Shown here piece by piece: positions 14,515 to 26,569 of a stretch of DNA of 64,000 bases (position 1 is its first letter; the number at the start of each line of letters is the position of its first letter). Source of the DNA: Lama guanicoe (Eukaryota); contig MU056000.1 in assembly GCA_013239625.1 (NCBI GenBank), forward strand, positions 8,862,970 through 8,926,969. The letters are read 5' to 3'. The translations under genes and the position numbers were made by a program. The notes below the pieces were generated by a model, which saw only the letters and a program-made list of their open reading frames with translations, was not told the DNA's origin and did not search any database.

Positions 14515-14649
14515 ATAAAACCTCCACATCTTGAAGGTGCTCAGAGCTTCGGAGCAGAAGCCCCTCTGAGCCCGCCGGCGTAATACATGTGAGTACTCCA
14601 ACCCTCCGAGTGGTGCTTGTTTCTTGGCTGGCCTGTCGTTTCCGTAACA
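14515..14649 (+). mobile_element. 3' portion (TATA-R-U5) of a young, CpG-rich ERV1-like LTR; its 5' part is hidden in the gap
   Basis: Starts ATAAAA, contains gagcccgccggcgtAATACA (poly(A)-signal variant) and ends ...ccgTAACA. No PBS follows. Confidence 0.7.
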
Positions 14650-15343
14650 TTTCGAGATACACTCTGGCCAGAGTACATCTTTTTTTTGGATAGTGAAATA
14701 GAGTGGGGCTTTATCATAATAATTTGTATTACTGTGTTTATTTTACTCAATAGCTGCAGCATCTTCGGCTTGGATTGTCTTTAAATCTGCCTCAACGCTC
14801 CTGCTACAGACAATTGTAATGAAAATTAATTGTAATATGGAAACGATTTTCTTTTAAATAAAATTCTACATCAGGAATGTCTTTGAAGCGTGAAACAAAA
14901 AATCATTTCTTTAATTACATTTCTTTCCTTCTAAATGTAGATGTTTATTACTGAGTAGAACAAGGGGACACATTTACCTATGTTTCCCCAAGTTCTCAGA
15001 ATAAAATAAATAATAGGGTGATCCTACATGATCAAAAATATAAGCAGGACTTTATTATTCCGTGCTTTTATGGCAATCATTCTGTTAGCAAGATGCACGT
15101 ACATTGTGACTAAGAATAGACAGTTTAAAAAAGATAAAATAAAAAATACTGTGTATGCAGGAAAGAGTCTGAGCAGCATCTACTTATATGTTCTCAGGAA
15201 GAGCTTGAGGTTCCACCAAGTTTCTCAACTCCCTCACAGTATCTTCCTACATAAGTTATAGATCAATACAGATTCTGATAGACAGCCAAATTTGAAGTAG
15301 ATATTTAATAAGAAATTAAATAGCTTTAATGATAGAAACCTAT

Positions 15344-16553
15344 TGTGAACGAAAAATACTCCAGACCATCTCAGTAAACAAAGAATGCTGAAGCCATCAA
15401 GTCATCAGTGGCTGCCGCCAGCCCCCAGTGAGGACAGGCCTGCAGCCCAGCCTCTCAGCAGCCACTCGCAAGGGTGCACCCTGAGGGGACTCAGAATAAG
15501 AAAGGACAGGACACTGGCCCTATGTCGGAGCCAGCCGACAATCGATCAGGTCCAGAAACCTGTGCTACAGGACTGAGAAAAGAAAAGACGTAACAAAGAG
15601 ACAGCAAGACAAGACAAGTTGGGGTTGAGAGGGTCTCACTCTAGCCCGCAAGACGCTAGGTCAAGAGTGGACGACGAGTTTATTTCTTGCAGTCAATTTA
15701 TATGATTTTAACCCATTAGCTCATACATTCCTGCCTGTAGGCAAAGGTATTGTTTTAAGGCGTGTACTAAAACCATTAACTTGTATATTGTTACAGACAT
15801 CATTATTGTTTACAGTTCTTGTAAAACTAAGATTAAGAGTTCCTGGAACCAAGATGATAAGCTAAGACATTGTTCCTCTAGGCTAACATCGTGACTCGTG
15901 TATATTTAGCTCAGGTGATTGTTCTCTAAAAAGATTACTGATTTGTGTGCCGATTGTATCTCTCCCTCTGAAGGTCCTTTGTGACTTAGTAGCTCAAGGA
16001 TATTTCCTCAGGCATAGGCGCATCTGGTGCATTCTTTAGTAAAAGGTGTGGCGGGACAGAGATTGTTCTGACTCAATTGACCTTTGAGCCGGGCGCCCCG
16101 CACTGTGGGAGTTTAGACCCAACCTTTGTGCTCGGCAGCCTCAATCTCAGAGCCTGGCGCCCTGCACTTTGGGGTTTTACGCCCAAGTTTTGTGCTCGGC
16201 AGCCCTCCGTCATGAGCGGCTCCCCGCAGCCCTAGATAGCTAGGTGCTTGTCAAAGGAATGAATTCAATGAGCCCAAATGTTTGCTCCCTCCCATACATA
16301 GAAAAGCACTAAATTCTTTACTTGAGATGCCTGGTTTTCTTTAGTTAAAAAGCAAGCTTTAAATGTTCCAACTACCTGGTCTTTGTTGTAAAACTCCTAT
16401 ACATCCTAACCCCTCTGCTACCTCTTCGGACCAGTCCCTCAGAGCACCTGGGAGGCTGTCATCCTGGGCTTGAAGGGGTTCGAGTCCTCAGAAATGTCTG
16501 CAAAATAAAACATCACTCTCAACTTTTAGGCTGTGCATTTATTTCAGTCGACA
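15344..16553 (+). mobile_element. ERV1-class solo LTR (family B, about 498 bp), split by a nested LTR
   Basis: TGTGAAC...GTCGACA termini. TSD CTAT (15340-15343 and 16554-16557). AATAAA at 16504-16509. Colinear with the copies at 36693-37157 and 38139-38600 once 15523-16234 is removed. Confidence 0.93.
15523..16228 (-). mobile_element. ERV2 (betaretrovirus-like) solo LTR nested in the family B LTR
   Basis: Perfect 6-bp TSD GCCCTA (15517-15522 and 16229-16234). Minus strand starts TGCGGGGAGCCG and ends CTCCGACA. TATAAA at 15697-15702 and AATAAA at 15679-15684 on the minus strand. CpG-rich. Confidence 0.92.
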
Positions 16554-17109
16554 CTATTTTAGACAGCTTTAAATTTTAATAACGATTTTTGAAAATTATA
16601 CAATTAACAATTTAATGTAGTTTAGAAATTAATAAATAATATTCAAGGTTCATTAACCTCATCACAATTACTTCACCTTTGTTGACAATGCCGTGTACTT
16701 TATTATAGCATTTTATTTAAATATATATTATATTGGGTAATTTACTTGTTTTTCTGACATTGAGATCTTATTTACTACAGTTTTGAGTCCACATTTTGCC
16801 TTGTTTACCTAATTCTTTCTGATCTTGAGTTGATAAGGACGTTTTCCTATTCTCTCCACTAGTTTTAAAGTTTACCCTCCTACATTTAATCCTTCAATTA
16901 ATCTTGGGTTTATTTTTTGGATAATGTGCAGTATAGATTTTCTTCACTAGATACCATCTAATTTATATTTTCCGATATTATTTTGTAAACATTTTCAAGT
17001 CAAAAAAATGGAAAGCATTTATATACCACTTAGATTCTACAAGTAACATTTTACTATATTATTATGTCAGATACTCTTTAATTTATTGATCCTTCTCTCC
17101 ATGGAAAGC

Positions 17110-17527
17110 TAGTCACGATATTTTTTAGTTTCCCAGGGCACATAAAATCATGCTTACACTATACTGCAGTCTGTTTAGTGTGCAACAGCATTTTGTCTTT
17201 GAAAACAAGCAATGTACATTCCTTAATTTAAAAATACTTCATTGCTAAAAAAAATGCTAACCGTTATCTGAGACTTCAACAAGTCGTAGCAGCAATGTCA
17301 AAGATCCCTGATTACAGATCACCGTAACAAATACAGTAATAATGAAAAAGTGAAATATTGGGAGAATTACCAAAATATGACATGGAGACAAGAGGTGAAC
17401 AAGTGCTATTGGAAAAATGGCGCTGATAGACTTGCTCGACACAGGGGTGCCACAGGCCATCAATTTGTGAAAAATGCAGTATCTGCCAAGAGCAAAAGAG
17501 AAACGCAGTGAAACAAGGTCTGCCTGC
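17110..17527 (-). mobile_element. Internally deleted Tigger1 derivative (Tigger1a_Art-like MITE)
   Basis: Tigger1 3'-end sequence is joined directly to Tigger1 5'-end sequence (ttggaaaaatggcgctgatagacttgctcgacacagggg...aaacaaggtctgcctg). Confidence 0.85.
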
Positions 17528-17534
17528 ACAGGAG

Positions 17535-17535
17535 A

Positions 17536-17578
<43 letters not shown>
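17535..17578. repeat. (CT)n(CA)n microsatellite
   Basis: Seen directly. Confidence 0.95.
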
Positions 17579-17579
<1 letters not shown>

Positions 17580-18121
17580 TGTGTTTCTTTCAAAAAAAAT
17601 AATGCTAGGCAATTTTAAAGCTGTAAAGTGCTCGAGCCGACCTGATAAAGCTGGCATGCAACTTTCTTCCCTCCTTGCATGTACACGTGGGTAGTTGTGG
17701 ACATCTGTAACAAAGTGAGTCACCACATTATGAAACCGAATAGTACGTGGCTGTCTGAAACACCATCTTCACCTTATCAACTCACTTCAGAGCTTCCATC
17801 ATTAATTGATATCTGACAAGTTCTTCCCAAATTCAACAGCAAAGAAACCTCTTTCAGTCCAGTCAGCATCACAGGCTAGTGACTTGGCCATTCCACTCCT
17901 AGCATTGCTGCTAAGATTCAGAAGCTCAGGTCTTTTACATCAAACACTAGGAAACACTTTCTCCGATGTTCTAGATGTATGGTAACAAAAAAAAAAAAAG
18001 TAGAAAAGATAGGGAAAGTCTTTCTCAAAGATGTTCTAGTTGGAATTTTAGAGACAGAATGTCTGTAATCCAGGCTGTAGTTCATCTTAATATAATTCCC
18101 TTTTTTCTTAAATGGCCCCAT

Positions 18122-18295
18122 TTAATAAATAGACTTTTTTTTTTAGAGCAATTTTAGGTTCTACAAAATTGAGAGGAAGGTCAGGATTTTCCATCTACCT
18201 CCTCTTCCCCCGCACACAGGTAGCCTCCCCTGTCATCAACAACCCCCGGAGTGGTACACTTGCTACAATCAAGGAGCCTACACTGATACATCATA
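18122..18295 (-). mobile_element. L1MB/L1MC-type 3' end
   Basis: agacttttt...agagcaattttaggtt...ggagtggtacacttgctacaatc...cctacactgatacatcat matches the antisense L1M 3' UTR. Confidence 0.75.
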
Positions 18296-19229
18296 TAGCT
18301 TATTTTGCGGTTTGCTCTTGGTGTGCTCTCCGTTTTGAATTCCAACATGACGCTAATAATGCTTTTCCTTGTTTTATTTGTGTTGTGTGTTCAGAATGGC
18401 AATCTGAGGCCAGAAACACTCTCCAGCTTGACAATGGGAGTCTTGGCCAGCTGATTGGCAGGGGTGAACACCTGGGCAGATTCTCTGAGAGTCAGGAGGC
18501 CCCGGCGTCTTGTCCTCCTTCAAGTGGCTGTCAGGCTTGCAGCCATCCCTGAACGTGGTTAAGGCTCTCAGGATTATGAGCTGCCAAGTCCCATCTGAAT
18601 AACATGAAAGGAGGGCTCAATTTACAGCAGTGTCTGGAAGCTAAACTGAGAGCCATTTTGCCAGGATGCTAAAGTGTTCTCAGCCACATTCCAGCAATTT
18701 CCATAAGACGAGCCACTCACATTACTGACACATCTCTGAGAAACAGTCTCCTGTCAGTAACAGCTTGGAGAATCCCTCAGATGTTGGGAAAGAGTTTTGC
18801 TAATTCAATTCATAAGCCATTAAGAATACCATAATATTGAAAACAGTTTATCTCAAAAAGTTTCCCAACCATGTTTAAGAAAGTGGACTTGCCAATATTT
18901 CATGTTATTTAAAAGAAATAGTTCTTCAATATTAATCCCAATGGAGTTTTCACGTCTGAGGTCATCTAAAACCTCAGTGCCACCCTGCTGTTTCCTGTCT
19001 CTTGAGCACCTTACCCACCTTTCTGAACCCTAATTCGTTCCAATATCATTGTTTGTTCTATGGACATTTTTAAGTGGTTAAAATAAACCAAAAGAATTTC
19101 CGTCATAAATGCATAAAACAGGACTAAGCAAACAATAACTTCAAATCTTGTAAAATGTCCACTATTTGTAAAGCAACTACTAATGCTAATAGTGACAAAC
19201 AGGCAAATTCGGGGAACAAGAGTAATACA

Positions 19230-19467
19230 CGTGATTGGGTTGGTGGATTTTTGTTATTGAATTGTCTGAGCTGTTCATATATTTTAGAAATTAAGCCCTA
19301 GTCACTAGCATCATTTCAAATATTTTTTTCCCATTCCATAGGTTGTCTTTTCATTTTATTTACGGCTTCCTTTGCTGTGCAAAAGCTTGTAAGTTTAATT
19401 AAGTCCCATTTGTTTATCTTTGCTTTTATTTCTACACAACACTGTAAATTGACTATATTTCAATTTA
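19230..19467. mobile_element. 5'-inverted, truncated artiodactyl/camelid L1 insertion
   Basis: Antisense ORF2 piece 19230-19433, then sense 3' terminus acacaacactgtaaattgactatatttcaatttaaaa. Flanked by a TSD of about 12 bp, aa(g/a)agtaataca (19218-19229 and 19468-19479). Confidence 0.8.
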
Positions 19468-21574
19468 AAAAGTAATACAATTGACTTAGGTTCTTCAACT
19501 GCTTTATATAAAAAGAAACATGATATTTAAACTTCTGAAATATACTGCAAGACGCTGAATATTATTTTATTGTTGGATGTTAATTTCAATGTGGATATTA
19601 CACATTTATTTCCTACTAGACTTAACTGATGAGTAACTGTCTCAGTTAACTCAAGTTCCGTCTCATTTATTTACACAAGCTGGCTAGATTTTCACTAACT
19701 AAACTCATCAGCTTAACTGTCAGATACGGTTACAACTATAATAAGAAGTAAAATATATAAATATCATATACAAAAAGGGGTTTATATTTTCTCTTCCTAA
19801 AACTACCTAAACTTTCTTAGGAAGTGTTAGATCTGCTTCCAGGAAATATGTCCAGATTAAGAAGCTCAAAAATAAAAACCTTACCTTGTCAGGCTTAATG
19901 CAGGAGCCAGGTATTAACTTTATATGTAAACAATTTACATCTTGATGTTACCTAAATATCAATACACAGTCAAATTCATAACTACCAAGGTGATAGGATA
20001 ATGTCACCCATAAAAGTTTGACTGTGAAGATTCTCCACACAACATTATCAGTTGAAGCTATAAAAAATCTATTTGGTTTGGAGAAGAAATCTCTCTCTTC
20101 TTGGGAAGATGAGATTTCAAAGTCTTTCTCATGACTGCATCCTTTGAAATTGATTGTATTCTAGATTGAAAAAAAACCACATTTGAGATGCAAGAATACC
20201 AACAAAATAATCTTCAGTTAATTCTCCAGGATAACCTAGATTTTAAGATCAAGTTTACCTCTTTGTGTGGGATGGGCTGAAAAACTGAAGACATCATTGG
20301 TTAAATTGTATTTTGTTGATGTAAAATGCTCTATTTTTAAAGCTAAATTAGTACTTTCAGTAAATGTTAAAAATTAAGTTAAATGTATGTCTCATGAGAA
20401 GATACTAATAATTCCAATTATTGCAATTTTTTCACTTGCAATAATTTCTGTAAATTGCCTTTAGACAAGTAGTGTTAATTTAATTATCAACAGCTTCTCC
20501 CTACTATTCCTCTAGGGTTTTGCTTCCAATAGTACTTCCTTCAAAGGAAATTAACTTTTAAAAGACAATAAATTTAAAATGACAAGTTGCTGTTATTTAC
20601 GTATAAGGGAGGGATGGTAAGGTGAAAGTATTTCTCTCTTTCTCTTAATGTGCATCTTAATAAGTCTTGAATATGTATCAGCAAAATTAATTCCATATAA
20701 AACATCTGGCACTGTATTCATAGAACTTAATATGGTCTTTCACACAAAATACCATTTTGCTTATAGAAAATGCAGGCTCTGAGTGTGTATGAAGGCTGGA
20801 TATGTTGTTCCCAGCAGCACTTCATAGAGTCAATATGATCGGTCCCTCCTATGGGTAATGACGGAGTTCCTTCAGCACTAGAGACGACCATACGGACGTA
20901 ACCCCTACAGCACATTTATAATATCACACCAGCAATTCATGGTATCATAACAACCTACATGTTTGAAATAATATTTAAACAACATATCTATCTGCACTCT
21001 AACTGCTCTTGAAAATTTTGACATGTCTTTGTGTGGCATCATACAAATATGTGTGTGTGTGCGCGAATGTATGAAAATGTCAATCATAGAAAACGTATCT
21101 CTGGGGTTGTATATAAATTATAGATAACGTACCTTTGGGGTTGTATATTTTGGTTGTCGTTTAATTCTGTTCATTCAGATCCTGTGTGCATGGCTGTGGG
21201 GGTCCATCCTTTATTGTCTCCGTTTCCAGATCAATCTAAAGTGGCTAGCATGTTAATTCTGGACAACCAGTTCTTGATTCATAAAAAGATGATTGTTCTC
21301 TTTTCGAAATAACAAATACATAGATTTTAATCTTTTATTAAGCCCATCATCAGTTTCTCCTTCTGTTATTGCTAGCAGATGTGTACACACACACATATCC
21401 CAAGTAAATGAGTTTACTAATGCACACAGTGGGAAAGATGAACCTCAGGTTTGGTTAATTTTTGTCCAAGGATTAAAAAACTATGAATGCTTTATAAGTT
21501 TAATTTCTCAGTCAGAGCACCCTGCACCTGGTTTAAATGACTTTCCACTTGTTAATCTCATAAAAATTAATATA

Positions 21575-21599
21575 AATAAATAAATAAATCCAAGTCCTC

Positions 21600-21646
<47 letters not shown>

Positions 21647-21647
21647 A
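21575..21647. repeat. (TAAA)n tetranucleotide repeat
   Basis: Seen directly. Confidence 0.95.
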
Positions 21648-21659
21648 CAAGTTATTTTT

Positions 21660-22250
21660 AAAAAATTGCTGCCAGCTTGGTTCTTTGGTTATTATGTGCT
21701 AAGCATTTCATTTGATAAAATTGTTCTGTAAACGATTTGGAAACCTGGTATAACTTTCTCTTCTAGAGGCGAGCTCCATTTGCTTCTGTCACCCACCTCT
21801 CAGGGACACTAGCAGTGTGTGGCTTCCTGACCCCAATTCCAGGGACTGAGATTTGAGTTTAGGTGGGGAGAACTGGACCACCCTTATTTCTAGGGTGCCG
21901 TATTCAGGTCCCCCACCTATCGTGCAGCCTGTTTAGCAGAACTGCAATTTGAATGGGTCTCAATTTCAACTTGCAGCCTCCTAATCTTACGGGACCCTCA
22001 GACATGATGCTCATTCTCATAGGATCTCAGCCACCCATCTGAGAATTGAAAAGCAATTCTCTTTGGATCTTGGCTTGAGAATGCCTCATAGCCATGTAAG
22101 ATTCCAGTGCTATTTATACTTCACCTCTGGTGCTGAGCAGAAAAGTTGGTCGAAAATTTCTAGTTCATTCTACTGGGAACAAATGTTCTATGTGTTTTAT
22201 AATTTTAAATAATTTTCTATTTCCTGGGCAGAAGACATTTTTCTTGGCAT
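21660..22250 (-). mobile_element. Old L1M 5'-region fragment
   Basis: Degenerate similarity to antisense L1ME 5' UTR-type sequence. Confidence 0.4.
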
Positions 22251-22464
22251 TTTAAAGTTTGGGAATAAGGGTCAGGCATGTCAAAGTTACCCACATCCAA
22301 TCAGCAAGGAAAATTAAACAATTGGTGACATTTTTCCTCATTATAATTGAACAGCAAGCATTCTATAGTAATGACAAATATTAGAGCAATATTAAAATAT
22401 GAAGAGAAATAACCATTCATCCAGACAGACAAGAAGGAAATATAGCCACTAGCAGAAAAAATCT

Positions 22465-22612
22465 ATTCATTCATTCCTTGTTCATTTGCCCAGGAAATTT
22501 TTCCTGAGTGACTCGCCTCTGTTACATTAGGCATTGAGGTGAGCATTGGGATGTAGCAGGTAACGAGAATAATATGCACCCTTGCTTCTTAAGTGGTTTA
22601 AAATCCCAGCAG
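22465..22612 (-). mobile_element. L2 3' end
   Basis: attcattcattc...tgagcattgggatgtagcaggtaacgaga...cccttgcttctt. Confidence 0.65.
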
Positions 22613-22689
22613 GTAGTGAAATGCGTATTTCACTTTTGTAAGTGGTAAAGAGTCAGCAGTGATGAAGTTTCTACTTTTACATTTAAATA

Positions 22690-22830
22690 GGCCTTAGGGA
22701 TCAGTTAGTCAAATTTCCACATCTTACAGAAAAGGATAAAGTTATGGAATGAGCTTCATTCATCTTTCCAAGGTCTCTTAGGTTGTTAGTGGATGAACAT
22801 GGAGCAAATTTCTTTCTTCCAACTCTCAAA
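22690..22830 (-). mobile_element. MIR
   Basis: catcttacagaaaaggataaa...tttccaaggtctcttaggttgttagtgg, MIR core-like. Confidence 0.5.
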
Positions 22831-25399
22831 AGGGTTGTTTTGGTTATATTGCAATGGCCTCTTTAATCAACCGAGCACGTTGGACCATCTTTATGAATAT
22901 ATTTTAGACATTGAAAGTAGTGATGCGGGCTTTGAATTCATAGATATAATGGCTTGAAGTGCTACTTTTGTTCATGTAACTTCAAAAAATAAAAATACTT
23001 AAAAAATTTAGACTAAGGTGGTCTACTGTGTTCAATCTAGTGTATTTATACACAATTAAACTTGAAAATAATTGTATCAAACATGAAGAAGCACTTGAAT
23101 CATAATACACATTAAATATTACCTATCAATCTATAACAGTTTTTTTTTTAAAGTTATTTTCTGGGATTACTTGGTTCTGCTAGCACATTCCCATTATTCT
23201 TATTCCTTTAGTTATTGAAGTAAAATGTTAGTTGTATATTTATTTCCATAATGAATTAACAATTTATGATATTTAAGGAAAATAAAATAATTACCATAAA
23301 CATCAAATTAAAATGTCATACCTGTGTGTACTATTAGTTGCAAATCTGTGATGTTTTTCTCAACTTTTATTTGCAAAATCACTAATCCCAGCTAAATTCG
23401 TATTGTTTTGCTCTTCTGAAAAGTAAGCATTAAAACCTTTTTTGTGAATGACCATTTTACTGTATTTAACTCAAATTAAATAGAAGTACGTTATCTATAA
23501 TATCAAAAGCCATTGTTTATTCTAATAATCTCTGCAAGAGGTTAATACAGCAAAATGCACATTAAACCAGTTTGCCCATCCTTGCTTGCAATGAAGAAAG
23601 TGCCAGTATTTTTACAGAAATTAACAGCAGCAATTATAATCAGAGTAGGAAAAAACTACAGTCTTTCAATGACCAGAAGAGCAATGTTAAATTGTTGGAG
23701 CAGTAATAACTCGAGCTATTCAGCAGTAGAATTATCTTCCTAGTACATATTTAATTGTGGCGTTGTAATGATGTATGCGTTTTGTTTCATGAAAAGGGTC
23801 ACAGTTTGTTAAAATACAAAAAAATTATTGGTCCATCCTCTTTTTCTATCAAGAGAATGTAAAGTTGCAATATTTGGCCTGCATTCATATTTCAAGTAGC
23901 ATATTTTAAAAGGTAAGTGTCCAAAATGAACTGGAAGAATTGAAAAAAGTCTAAATTTAACCAGCTTTTGTACCAAGGCGATAGATGCAAAGGACATTGT
24001 AAATAGTGAGAGAGGTAAATACCCTTTGTAGTGCAATCGCGAGTGAAATCTGAAAAGGAAAGTGTTGTTCTTATTATAATAAACAAAAAGACAGCAAGAG
24101 CTGTGCTTCCCACAGTCCAATACACAGGCAGAGCAAAATGAAACAAATAGAAACTAGGATTTTAGCTCAGAATACAAAATTTATGTGAGTGGAGAGAAGA
24201 AATTATTTATACATTTGTTTTGTGTACATCAACAAATCATCCACTCTTTGTTTATATCCTCATGATCTTCACTTATTTTGGGGAAAAAAAAAGTATGTCT
24301 TTCTTAGCGATTATATTATTGAAACAATACAGGAAAATATAACCATGTCATCATGTTTGATGAAGAGAAATTTGAACAATGCATTATTGAGAATTCTCAT
24401 TTTCTAAACCTCTCACAATCCACTTGGGACTTCTAGCATCTTCATCTCTTTCTGTTTGTTCTCTTTTGGCATATCTGGGAACCTGTGAGCAATTCTTAGA
24501 GAAAGTTTTTTTCGGAACACACATCAAAGTGGCAACTTTTTAATGATCCCTAAGCTAGAGAAAGCCAGATAGTTTCTTCCACTTTTGTGAAACTATAAAG
24601 AGAAAGCAGGGGATATTTTATTTCTTTCCTTAATTGCCTTCCCAAGCTCCCAAGGTAAGCGAAAGAAATTATATACCAAAAAAGTAAATAAATAAATAAA
24701 AATAATTGTCAAAGGCTGTTTGCTGTGGTACAGACATTTTTCACTTTCTAAAATACATTTATAAAAGTATTATACCACATATGGCTTCACGTAACAAGGA
24801 ATAGAGCAATGAAAACTTTTAAGAATACATTGAGGCAGATAGTATGGCCGAGTGGAAAAAACATGAGAATTTTGCTGGAAAAGAGATTCTTAGCTTTGGT
24901 TTTCTTCTTTTGGAACAAAGCATTGTCAGCTCAGTTCAGCTAGTTTGCGTAAAGGTTCTGGTAGTTCCCTTTGGGGACTTTTTTGATAAGGCCATATCAT
25001 TTTGACTGACTTTCTTCCTTAACTACTAATTTCTTGTCACTAAAAAGAATATGAGGACGTGTGTTTTTCAGCATAGTTAAGTATAGTGGGGGAAAGAGAG
25101 AACGGACTTTCCATTTCACGAGAAAGGATAACATATGTTCTTTTAAAATTTTATCTTAGGCTCTACATTCTTTTCTAGCTATGAGGAGGTAGAAGAATGC
25201 AGGAGAAAGAGAATGGACATTGGAGTTTTGAGCTTAAATTGCGGATGTAACACATAATGTGTAGGTAATCTAGGACCCTTCTCACCTCTAGGTAAGTATG
25301 AAAAGCCATACAGAGTACTGAGTCCAGGGCCTGCTGGATAGATAGATGCTTCCCGTTGAGGATGGCAACATTTATTTCTGACGAAATAAATTGTTAATA

Positions 25400-25872
25400 A
25401 GTCTATTACCTCTTGCCCCTCTAATTCCACATAACAAATCAAAAAACATAAAGGCTTAAAACAACCATTTGTCCAGGGTTCTGCTGGGTCAGCCTCGTTG
25501 GTGTTGCTCCTTGCCTATGACTTCATGGCGGGTCAGTTGGGGACCAACCAGTTAGAAGAGTCTCATATGGGAAAACTTACTTAATGCTCCACAGGATTTT
25601 TTTTATCAGCAGGCTAGTCTGGTCTTGTGATTGGGGTGGAGAGGCAGAATTCTAAGCAACTGAGGGGATGTGCCTAAGGCCTCATGGTCCTGGGCAACAG
25701 ATCATCACAGTGTTATGTCCGCCTCATTCTCTTGGCCAAAAGAAGACAAAAGCCAGCCAGAGCTTAAATGGTGGGGCAAATGGAGATCACCCATCATAGT
25801 GAGAATTTGCAAAATCATAGTGAAATGACAAAGAGGCTTAATTTCAGTCATTAATGCATTTAGTCTTCCACT
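25400..25872 (-). mobile_element. MaLR LTR, MLT1F/G/H-like
   Basis: ggcttaaaacaaccattt...cagcaggctagtctgg...cattctcttggccaaaag...gccagccaga. Confidence 0.7.
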
Positions 25873-26569
25873 AAGTTAAAATCTCTCAGTGTTTTATTTG
25901 AAGGCAGACACTTTTCAGTAAGATTACTGAGAACGAACTAGAGTCTCTGTACAAATATTCCATACCACAAGGAATTACTCAAAACTTAAGAGAGAAAAGA
26001 AGGAAAATAAAGTTTTGTGGGATAAAATGCATTTTTACAGCTACTTGTTAAGGTTTAGATCATCACTGATTGACCCTACAGGTAACATCAATATGGCCAA
26101 TAGAAAAGCCAGTTTTAATTAGAATTACTCAGTTGTTTCTTTCAATAATCTGCTCTTCTGGTTCAAGACTAAATATGCAGGGGTGACCTTGATTTAGCTT
26201 TCTTAAAGTTACGAATCACCCAGTTTTTCTGATTCTACCATAGATATTTACTTGTTATTCTAATATACATCAGACTAAGATTTAAAAAACAGATAAGATC
26301 ATTATAAATGTTTCTCAACTATAAGACAAGAACACTATTTTGAACATAATATTAAAACATCATTGGCTTAATGGGCTAATTTTATTAATTGAATCTTACA
26401 CAATTATTGGAGAGGCTGGTGAAGAAACAAATGAAAACAGGAGCTGGAAGCTCATAAAATAGTCAAACGAGAAGCTGGAAATGCAGAGGCACCAAACAGA
26501 ACTGAGTGCAGATTGCTGGCTGAGAAGTCTGTAGGTAGCTGTTAGACTAATCTTACTGCAGCTCTACAC

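Noticed and set aside
20753..20904. Candidate minus-strand coding exon (GYVRMVVSSAEGTPSLP...), CpG-containing, with AG/GT ends
   Set aside because: Poor polypyrimidine tract, weak donor (ATG|GTATTT), no recognisable protein and no partner exons.
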